Assembly (NCBI GenBank): GCA_040757115.1
Contig: JBFLYA010000008.1
Coordinates: 1 to 36,642 of the forward strand
Source: a bacterium
Lineage (GTDB): Bacteria; UBA9089; CG2-30-40-21; SBAY01
Length of the DNA: 36,642 bases
Direction: 5' to 3'
The stretch's first letter is position 1. Every line of letters starts with the position of its first letter. Below the pieces are notes generated by a model. That model was not told the origin of the DNA, did not search any database, and worked only from the letters and a program-made list of their open reading frames with translations. This document shows, piece after piece, positions 28,145 to 36,642 of the stretch. Made by a program: the position numbers and the translations under genes.

Positions 28145-28290
28145 GTAACCGTTTAGCCTTGCCCATCAGACTGGACAATATTAACTCAAAACTTTAAACT
28201 AATAGGTTCATTGAGATTTATTGCGACTGATGGAGAAGCCTTTTTGGTCTTAAGTTGTAGTTTTGAGCTTTGCGTTTTGAGATTTGAGTT
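28145..28290. repeat. Degenerate GTAAC-ended element with 7-mer arms
   Basis: Starts GTAACCGTTTAGCC (A/B-like end). AACTCAAAACT arm versus (TTTTGAG)-type 7-mers at about 28260-28290. Confidence 0.45.
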
Positions 28291-28329
28291 ATAAGGACAT
28301 ATGTCAGTTAAAATTGCAAAAGAAAGCGT

Positions 28330-28358
28330 TTGACTTTTTTCAGGATAGGTGTTATAAT
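28330..28358 (+). promoter_or_regulatory. Sigma70-type promoter for the Rpn gene
   Basis: TTGACT-17 bp-TATAAT with TGn extension. Confidence 0.7.
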
Positions 28359-28390
28359 AACAATTAATGCCAAGATGGAGTAAGAATTAA

Positions 28391-29317
28391 ATGGAGATAA
28401 CAAATCCACATGATAGTTTCTTCAAAGAGATATTTTCAAAGAAAGAGAATGCATCTGATTTTATCAATAGCATTTTACCGGATGTTCTTAAGAAAAACCT
28501 TGATTTATCAACTTTGGAATTGGATAACAACTCTTATGTTAATGAGGAGTTACAAGAGAATTTTTCAGACATAGTTTATAATTGTGTTTACAAAAATAAG
28601 CATAAGATAAAGATTTCGCTTTTATTTGAACATAAAAGCAAGGTAGTTAAATACCCACATTTACAACTTTTGAAGTATATGTTGAGGATATGGGAGACAA
28701 ATATCAAACAGAAGGAGGGTTTAATTCCCGTAGTTTCCCTTATTTTTTATCATGGTAAAAACAGATGGGTATTAAAGGATTTATCAGCTTATTTTAAAGG
28801 GATAGACGAGGTATTAATTCGTTATATTCCTGGGTTTAATTATTTATTGACAGATTTATCGAATTATAGTGATGAAGATTTAAGGGAGAGGGTGTTTTTT
28901 AATGTTAGTTTAAGGGTTGCCTTTTTAGTGATGAAGAATATATACGATGAGAGAAGATTGCGAGAACATATAGAGGATTTTCTACAGATAGGTCGGATGT
29001 ATTACGAGGAGGAGAAAGGTTTAAAGTTTTTAGAGGCAGTGATAAGATATATTTACAACAGCACAGAGATTAAACCAGAGGAAGTGCTCGAAACAGTTAA
29101 GAAGATTTCAGAAAAGGGGGGTGAAATCACAATGACTACAGCCATGAGATTAAGGAAAGAAGGATTGCAAGAAGGATTGCAACAAGGATTGCAACGATTA
29201 ATAGAGGTAGCTAAATCGATGTATAAAAAAGGGTTTAAGTTAGAGATGATTGCTGAAATAACCGGGCTTTCAGAAGAGGAAATAAAGAAGGTTGTAAGAC
29301 TAGAGAATGAGAGATGA
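28391..29317 (+). CDS. Rpn family recombination-promoting nuclease / YhgA-like putative transposase
   Basis: NPHDSFFK, FSDIVY, LFEHKS, QLLKYM, PVVSLIFYHG, C-terminal MTTA...EGLQEGLQQG...IAEITGLSEEEI. Confidence 0.92.
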   Translation: MEITNPHDSFFKEIFSKKENASDFINSILPDVLKKNLDLSTLELDNNSYVNEELQENFSDIVYNCVYKNKHKIKISLLFEHKSKVVKYPHLQLLKYMLRIWETNIKQKEGLIPVVSLIFYHGKNRWVLKDLSAYFKGIDEVLIRYIPGFNYLLTDLSNYSDEDLRERVFFNVSLRVAFLVMKNIYDERRLREHIEDFLQIGRMYYEEEKGLKFLEAVIRYIYNSTEIKPEEVLETVKKISEKGGEITMTTAMRLRKEGLQEGLQQGLQRLIEVAKSMYKKGFKLEMIAEITGLSEEEIKKVVRLENER

Positions 29318-29364
29318 AAGATTGATATACTGAAAATCAATTGAATTTCAAGAATTTAAAATTA

Positions 29365-29446
29365 CCTACCTGTCCTGCGGAGGCAGGCAAGGATGTTAAG
29401 AATTTATAGAAAAATGCCCCTGCCTGTGCTACGGCAGACAGGCAGG
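29365..29446. repeat. Pair of CCTGCC/GGCAGG REP-like hairpins
   Basis: CCTACCTGTC..AGGCAGGCAAGG (29365-29392) and CCTGCCTGT..ACAGGCAGG (29419-29446). Confidence 0.55.
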
Positions 29447-29542
29447 AGAGTCTGTTGACACTTGAAAACCAATTTTGGTTAGGTATAATAATCGCAAATG
29501 GCAATAGTATGTCTAAAGTTATTATAGTAAAATTATATTACA

Positions 29543-29763
29543 ATGTCAAAGGAAATGTCAACCATTCAACCATTGTAAAAAATATTAAGAAATACCGAGC
29601 AAAGCGCTGTATCTCTCAAGACAAGCTGTCAAAACTTGCCAATATTACTTTGCACACAATCACTAAAATTGAATCAGGGACTACGCCAGATCCAAGAATT
29701 GAAACCGTCAAAAAAATAGCAGACGCTTTAGGCGTTAGCATTGATGATTTAATGAGAAACTAA
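29543..29763 (+). pseudogene. XRE-family HTH regulator (controller-protein-like) frameshifted by an 8-bp tandem duplication
   Basis: TCAACCAT is repeated at 29558-29565 and 29566-29573. Removing one copy gives MSKEMSTIVKNIKKYR..SQDKLSKLA..TITKIESG..PRIETVKKIADALGVSIDDL. Confidence 0.75.
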
Positions 29764-29765
29764 AT

Positions 29766-30488
29766 ATGACACAATATAAACCTTCAGAAGAATACATTAC
29801 AACAGGAGAACAAAAAGGGCTTATTCTCCGAGAAGGTAGCAAAGTTGAATATCAAACCACCGGCAAAAGTTATAATTTTTCTGACCCAGAAGAAAAGGTC
29901 AGAGCGTCCTTTTATGTTGAACTTATACAAAAATATAAATATCCGGAAAAACGATTAGATACCGAAGTTGTTGTCCCTCGCAGAAAACCATCTGATTCAG
30001 CCGATATTGTTGTTTATGAAGATGACGAACAGAAAAAACCTTATATCGTAGTTGAGTGTAAAAAAGATGATATTTCTCAATCCGAAATAAAGCAGGCAGT
30101 TGAACAAGCTTTTGGCAATGCTAATTCTCTCAGGGCAAAATATGCGATTGTTGTTGCTGGCAATGTTCGCATCGCTTTTGATGTTGCTGGTTTTAACCCG
30201 CAAGAACGGGACAAAAATATTATTTCTGACATTCCTGTCCGCTACGGGAAAATTACAAAATATAAATACAAAAAGGGCGATGAAACATGGGATTTACAGC
30301 CAGCCGATTTAAAAGCGCTTTAAGATAAATTTCAGCAGTGCCAGGATATTTTATGGGAAGGCGGAAAAGGAAACCCAGCAGAAGCGTTTGATGAAATGAG
30401 CAAGTTAATGTTTTGCAAAATTCAGGATGAGCGATTTGTTACCGAGATTGATGAGTATTATAAATTTCAGATTGGGACACACGAAAGC
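29766..30488 (+). pseudogene. Truncated fused restriction endonuclease (HsdR_N-like) / N6-methyltransferase gene
   Basis: PEEKVR, SADIVVY, IVVECKK, AVEQAFGNA. After the in-frame TAA (30321-30323) the same frame continues DKFQQCQDILWEGGKGNPAEAFDEMSKLMFCKIQDER (HsdM N-terminal-like) and breaks off at a repeat element. No MTase catalytic motifs remain. Confidence 0.85.
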
Positions 30489-30497
30489 AGGAGAACT

Positions 30498-30630
30498 ATT
30501 GGGGTCAGACCGTGAATGTTGAATGTAAAAGGAACTGCTTTCTACATTCAAGGTCTGACCCTAATCCCTCTCCTACGGAACTGATTGATTTGTCTATCTA
30601 TTCCTACCGATATTATGTTCCTAACGGAAC
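30498..30630. repeat. Stacked REP-like palindromic elements
   Basis: ATTGGGGTCAGACC/GGTCTGACCCTAAT with inner TTGAATGTA/TACATTCAA (30498-30565), then CCTACGGAAC ... GTTCCTAACGGAAC motifs. Confidence 0.6.
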
Positions 30631-30697
30631 GATTATTCTCATACCTTATTTATGGGTATTATCCTCTGTAAACTTCCAGTTAATAATCGCTCTACTG

Positions 30698-33499
30698 TCA
30701 CTTTAGTGCTTTAACTAAGAATTGACCAGTATAGGAATTTTTATTCTTAAGTATTTCCTCAGGTGTGCCGATAGCGACTATCTCTCCCCCGGCATCTCCA
30801 CCTTCAGGACCTAAATCGATGATATAGTCCGCTGATTTAATTACATCTAAGTTATGTTCAATCACCACAATCGTATTTCCTGCTTCCCGAAGTCGCATTA
30901 GAACATCTAATAATTTGTGAATATCGGCAAAATGTAAACCAGTTGTTGGTTCGTCTAAAAGATAAAGTGTTCTCCCGGTTGCCCGTTTACTTAATTCTGC
31001 AGATAATTTTATTCGCTGTGCCTCTCCACCAGAAAGGGTCGTGGCTGATTGCCCGAGTTTGATATAACCCAGTCCTACATCGGAGAGGGTCTCTAACTTT
31101 CGTTTAATTACGGGAATATTGGCAAAAAAGTTTAATGCTTCATCTACGGTCATATCAAGGACATCCGCAATATTTTTGCCTTTATATTTTATCTCAAGGG
31201 TTTCGCGATTATATCTTTTCCCTTTACATACCTCACACGGGATATAGACATCTGGTAAAAAGTGCATCTCAATTTTAATAATTCCATCTCCCTGACAGGC
31301 TTCACATCGTCCACCTCTGACATTAAAACTGAATCGACCAGGTTTATAACCCCGTATCTTAGATTCCTGGAATAAAGAGAAGAAGGCTCGAATATGTGTA
31401 AATGTCCCGGTGTAGGTAACTGGATTAGACCGTGGGGTGCGGCCAATTGGGGACTGGTCAATATTAATTACCTTATCTAAATATTTTAATCCAACAATTT
31501 CTTTGTGTTTGCCTGGTTTAATATGGCTTCGAGAGAAATATTGCATCAGGGCGGGATATAAAATTTCGCTAATAAGTGTGCTTTTACCAGAACCTGAAAC
31601 CCCGGTGATACAGGTAAAAAGCCCGATTGGGATTTTGACATTGATATTTTTAAGATTATGTTCTGAGGCTTCTTTGACTTCAATAAATTTTGCTTTCGAT
31701 TTAACTCGATGTTTGGGGATAGGAATCTTCAATTCACCTTTTAAATATTTACCGGTTAAAGAGGCTTTATCATTAATAATTTGTTGGGGAGTGCCTTGAG
31801 CAATAATAAATCCTCCATTTTCTCCTGCCCCGGGACCTAAATCAATGACATAATCAGCCGTTCTAATCGTTGCCTCATCATGCTCAACCACAATCAATGT
31901 ATTTCCTAAATCTCGCAGACAACATAAGGTATTTAAAAGTCTCTTATTATCCCGTTGATGTAATCCAATACTTGGTTCATCTAAGATATAAAGCACGCCC
32001 ATCAAGCCAGAACCAATCTGAGTGGCTAATTGAATTCGCTGAGCCTCTCCGCCAGCTAAAGTTCCAGCAGAACGGTCTATGGTTAGATAGTCTAATCCGA
32101 CATTGATTAAAAACTCCAGTCTTCTTTTTATCTCCTTAAAGATTTGGTGGGCAATAAGTGTTTCTTTTTTATTTAACTTTAGATTTTGGAAAAACTCATA
32201 AGCCTTTTTAATAGATAATTTAGTCACATCACCAATTGACATATTTTGAATAGTTACGGCTAAACTTTCCTTTTTTAATCTGCTGCCTTCACAGACCGGG
32301 CAGGGTTGCTTGGTCATAAATTCTGAGATTTCTTCACGGGATAATTCGGAATCGGTTTCTTTAAATCGTCGTTCTAAATTTGGGATGATTCCTTCATATC
32401 CTCCCCAATACCGGAAAGTGCCAAATCGAGTGCGATAATATTCTCCTTGTGTGCCATAGAGCAAGATATGTTGATGTTCTTTTTTCAGTTCTTTAAATGG
32501 GACATCCAATCTAAACCCATATTGTCTTGCAATTCGTTCTAATGTTTGTTGTAGTCTTTCCCATGGGATTCCCCAGGGTCTAATCGCTCCATCATAAACA
32601 CTTAATTCTTTATTTGGGACAACTAAGTCAGGGTCTATTTCTAACTTAACCCCTAATCCTTTACAAGTAGGGCAGGCACCATAAGGGCTATTAAAGGAAA
32701 ACATTCGGGGTGAAAGTTCCTCATAGCTGATACCACAATCTATACAGGCTAATTCGGATGAAAAGATTAAATCCTCTTTTTCATCGATATTAATAAAAAC
32801 TATCCCTTTTGATAATTTAAATGCCGTTTCGATTGAATCGGCTAATCTACTCCGTTCGGTTTTAAGGATAAGTCTATCCACAACGACTTCAATATTATGT
32901 TTTTTATTTTTATCGAGTTTAATCTCTTCTTCAAGGTCATAAATCTTTTTATCAACACGGACCCGGATAAAACCTTCTTTTCGGATATTTGTAAATATTT
33001 CCTGGTATTCTCCTTTTCTGCCTCGAACTAATGGGGTAAGTATCTGGATTTTTGTTTTATCCTTAAGTTTCAATATCTGGTCAACGATTTCATCTACGGT
33101 TTGCTGAGTTAAAGGTTTTTTGCATTTATAGCAGTGGGGTTTACCAATCCTGGCAAATAAAAGGCGGAGGTAGTCATATATTTCCGTGACAGTGCCTACG
33201 GTAGAGCGGGGGTTTTTACTTGCGGTTCGTTGTTCGATGGCAATAGCCGGGGATAGTCCTTCGATGTAGTCAACATCGGGTTTTTCCATCTGTCCTAAAA
33301 ACTGACGGGCATAGGCAGACAATGACTCCACATATCGTCTTTGTCCTTCGGCGTAGATTGTGTCAAAGGCTAATGAGGATTTACCGGAACCTGACAAACC
33401 AGTAATCACAACCAATTTATTTCGCGGTATCTGGACATCAATATTTTTTAAGTTATGTTCTCTGGCACCTTTAATAAAGATTGTATCTTTTGGAAGCAC
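30698..33499 (-). CDS. uvrA: Excinuclease ABC subunit A
   Basis: [33 protein letters not shown], zinc fingers, second ABC cassette [19 protein letters not shown] start after AAGGTGA. Confidence 0.98.
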   Translation of the reverse strand: MLPKDTIFIKGAREHNLKNIDVQIPRNKLVVITGLSGSGKSSLAFDTIYAEGQRRYVESLSAYARQFLGQMEKPDVDYIEGLSPAIAIEQRTASKNPRSTVGTVTEIYDYLRLLFARIGKPHCYKCKKPLTQQTVDEIVDQILKLKDKTKIQILTPLVRGRKGEYQEIFTNIRKEGFIRVRVDKKIYDLEEEIKLDKNKKHNIEVVVDRLILKTERSRLADSIETAFKLSKGIVFINIDEKEDLIFSSELACIDCGISYEELSPRMFSFNSPYGACPTCKGLGVKLEIDPDLVVPNKELSVYDGAIRPWGIPWERLQQTLERIARQYGFRLDVPFKELKKEHQHILLYGTQGEYYRTRFGTFRYWGGYEGIIPNLERRFKETDSELSREEISEFMTKQPCPVCEGSRLKKESLAVTIQNMSIGDVTKLSIKKAYEFFQNLKLNKKETLIAHQIFKEIKRRLEFLINVGLDYLTIDRSAGTLAGGEAQRIQLATQIGSGLMGVLYILDEPSIGLHQRDNKRLLNTLCCLRDLGNTLIVVEHDEATIRTADYVIDLGPGAGENGGFIIAQGTPQQIINDKASLTGKYLKGELKIPIPKHRVKSKAKFIEVKEASEHNLKNINVKIPIGLFTCITGVSGSGKSTLISEILYPALMQYFSRSHIKPGKHKEIVGLKYLDKVINIDQSPIGRTPRSNPVTYTGTFTHIRAFFSLFQESKIRGYKPGRFSFNVRGGRCEACQGDGIIKIEMHFLPDVYIPCEVCKGKRYNRETLEIKYKGKNIADVLDMTVDEALNFFANIPVIKRKLETLSDVGLGYIKLGQSATTLSGGEAQRIKLSAELSKRATGRTLYLLDEPTTGLHFADIHKLLDVLMRLREAGNTIVVIEHNLDVIKSADYIIDLGPEGGDAGGEIVAIGTPEEILKNKNSYTGQFLVKALK

Positions 33500-33519
33500 T
33501 TTTTCACCTTACAAAAATT

Positions 33520-33570
33520 GTAACCGTTCAGGTAGTCCTTTACCGCAGAGACGCAGAGGAACAGAGAAGA
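33520..33570 (+). mobile_element. Partial family B element (one end only)
   Basis: GTAACCGTTCAGGTAGTCCTTTACCGCAGAGACGCAGAGGAACAGAGA is nearly identical to 1760-1807. Followed closely by family A copy 4. Confidence 0.85.
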
Positions 33571-33588
33571 CATAGAAATAAATTATAT

Positions 33589-33762
33589 GTAACTATTCAG
33601 CCACAGATGGACACAGATGAAACACTGAAAATTCGTGAATCGTGTCCGTTTTCCGTGTCCGTAATTAGGCTGAAGGTTTTTCCACCTATTGTCCTCTGCC
33701 TTCTGCCCTCTGCCTTTTGTCCTCTACTATTTATCCGTGCTAATCAGTGGCTGAATAGTTAC
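33589..33762 (+). mobile_element. Family A MITE copy 4 (174 bp)
   Basis: Perfect GTAACTATTCAGCC TIR, 5 heptamers, lacks one 10-bp subterminal repeat. Ends 2 nt from the nfnB stop. No target duplication. Confidence 0.92.
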
Positions 33763-33764
33763 CC

Positions 33765-35129
<1,365 letters not shown>

Positions 35130-35147
35130 CTAATAATCTCCTTTTTT

Positions 35148-35480
35148 CCTGAAAATAGGAAGTAGAGAGTAGAGGGTAGAGAGTAGAAAGTAAAGAAAAT
35201 ACCACTCCTCACGCTTATCTCCCCATCTCCCACCTTCTATCTCCTATCTACTATTTTCATCCTCATTTGTGAACCAACGGTTCATGACCGTTTCCCCTGA
35301 AAATATCCGCAGATTTCGCAGAGGACACAGATTTTTAATTTTTTGTCTCCCCGCTGACGGGATTAAGGGGTTAGGGGATTCTTTTATTCCCGAATCCCGA
35401 GCCCCGAGCCCCGAGTCCCGAGCCCCTTAATTTTCATCCCCCTTTGTGCCCACTTCCTGTGGGCATGAGCGTTTCTCCTG
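35148..35480. repeat. Family D: two tandem cassette-like units joined at CCTG
   Basis: Unit 1 35148-35295, unit 2 35296-35476. Each is CCTGAAAAT-[variable 7-mer region]-ATTTTCATCCnnnTTTGTG-[hairpin]-CATGAnCGTTTCn, followed by the next CCTG. Confidence 0.8.
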
Positions 35481-35532
35481 GATTAAAAACCTTAATATTC
35501 TCAGATCCAGCAAGTTGATTAAGGTCTAATCA

Positions 35533-36372
35533 TTATCCGCACTTACATTTAGATGTATATCTTTCTAATGCAATTTTTTCCTCCTCTACAAACCTTACCT
35601 GTCTTTGCATTAACTCATCAAAATCAACTAAATGCCCATCAAATGTAGGTCCATCTACGCAGGCAAATTTTGTTTTCCCACCAACAGTTACCCTGCACGA
35701 ACCACACATCCCCGTGCCATCAACCATAATCGTATTTAAACTAACTAATGTCGGAACATCAAATTTTTTAGTTACCGCACAACTTGCCTTCATCATCGGC
35801 AAGGGGCCAATGGCAATGACTAAATCTGGCTTTTCCTGTGTTTCCAATAATCTCTCTAAAACCTTAGTAACAAAGCCCTGTTCACCATACGAACCATCAT
35901 CGGTGCAGATATAAAGTTGATTACTGATGGCATTCATTTCTTGCTCTAAAATAACTAAATCTTTAGTGCGAGCACCAATAATGGAGGTAATTTCAGCTCC
36001 AGATTTGTTTAATGCCTTTGCTTTAGGATAGATAGGTGCCGCACCTACACCCCCAGCCACACAAAATATCCTTTTGTCTGAACCAGTTACTTCGATATGT
36101 TTCCCGAGAGGACCTACAAAATCCTGGAGATAATCCCCTGTCTTTAGTTTGCCCAATTGTCTGGTTGTCTTCCCTACCTCCTGAAAAATAATACTTACCG
36201 TTCCCTTTTGTGCATCGTAATCATAAATAGTTAGTGGTATCCGTTCACCAGCCTTATTGATTCTCAAGATGATGAATTGACCCGGTTGGCAAGACCTTGC
36301 TATTTTGGGCGCATCAATAACAAATAATTTTATCTCTTTTGCTAATTCTTTGGTAAATAATATCTTATACAT
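35533..36372 (-). CDS. nfnA: Sulfide/dihydroorotate dehydrogenase-like FAD/NAD-binding protein; NfnA (small subunit)
   Basis: PGQFIILR, GERIPLTI, GPLG, AGGVGAAP, TDDGSYG, MVDGTGMCGSCRV, KFACVDGP. Start reassigned to ATG 36372 (GGAGG RBS). Confidence 0.88.
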   Translation of the reverse strand: MYKILFTKELAKEIKLFVIDAPKIARSCQPGQFIILRINKAGERIPLTIYDYDAQKGTVSIIFQEVGKTTRQLGKLKTGDYLQDFVGPLGKHIEVTGSDKRIFCVAGGVGAAPIYPKAKALNKSGAEITSIIGARTKDLVILEQEMNAISNQLYICTDDGSYGEQGFVTKVLERLLETQEKPDLVIAIGPLPMMKASCAVTKKFDVPTLVSLNTIMVDGTGMCGSCRVTVGGKTKFACVDGPTFDGHLVDFDELMQRQVRFVEEEKIALERYTSKCKCG

Positions 36373-36520
36373 TTTTCCTCCATCCCTTGTTTCCTTTTTA
36401 AAATTAGTATTCATTCGTGAAATTCGGGTGGTGTCTTAATCTAGTGCTCTGTCGCTACTCAATTGATGTCCCCCCTTGGCCTAATCATTACCCACATCTT
36501 TTAGTGGACAGATTTGATAG

Positions 36521-36597
36521 AAATTCCAAATTCCAAGCACCAAATTCCAAATAAATTCCAAATTCCAAGCACCAAATCCCAAACACCAAATTCCAAA
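36521..36597 (+). repeat. 7-nt microrepeat tract (AAATTCC/AAGCACC)
   Basis: About ten imperfect AAATTCC-type units in tandem. Confidence 0.8.
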
Positions 36598-36642
36598 GTT
36601 TATATTACAACGATGGAAATTCATTTAGACTTTTCAATAATT

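Noticed and set aside
28391-29317. Rpn protein as the transposase mobilising the MITEs
   Set aside because: Rpn/YhgA proteins are PD-(D/E)XK nucleases without demonstrated TIR transposition. The gene is not bounded by a pair of element ends.
29455-29542. 102-aa HTH ORF starting at TTG 29455
   Set aside because: That start lies in promoter-like sequence. The natural start is ATG 29543, disconnected by the 8-bp duplication.
30321-30323. Stop-codon readthrough or alternative genetic code
   Set aside because: TAA terminates many intact genes here, and the locus has other lesions, so pseudogenisation is simpler.
36613-36642. Possible ORF start (MEIHLDFSII) after the heptamer tract
   Set aside because: Only 10 codons are visible before the window ends, so it cannot be supported.

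Overview
An AT-rich bacterial chromosome segment from a diderm organism (bamA, skp, lpxD, lpxC), probably anaerobic (NfnAB-type genes). Housekeeping genes: mnmA, a class I/II aminotransferase, trpS, a site-2 protease, an MGDG-synthase-like glycosyltransferase, proC, nrdR, uvrA and nfnAB. Accessory genes: two large secreted proteins with T9SS/FlgD-like C-termini, a DUF2723-like/TPR membrane protein, two PD-(D/E)XK (Rpn-type) genes with internal strong translation starts, an Ntn/proteasome-fold gene behind tandem NrdR boxes, and a decayed HTH + restriction-modification pair. The most striking signal is non-coding: most long intergenic gaps hold short non-autonomous elements of at least four families. 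Families A and B have GTAA..TTAC ends, and two copies show exact 8-bp target duplications (IS66-like MITEs). Family C has C(C/G)ACCTGTGC ends. Family D is a tandem cassette-like array joined at CCTG. Their interiors are built from exchangeable 7-nt microrepeat and hairpin modules, which also occur in frame inside protein-coding genes. An IS21-type end lies at the window start. No transposase gene that would explain these elements, no rRNA, tRNA or CRISPR array was seen. All calls are by eye; no searches were run.
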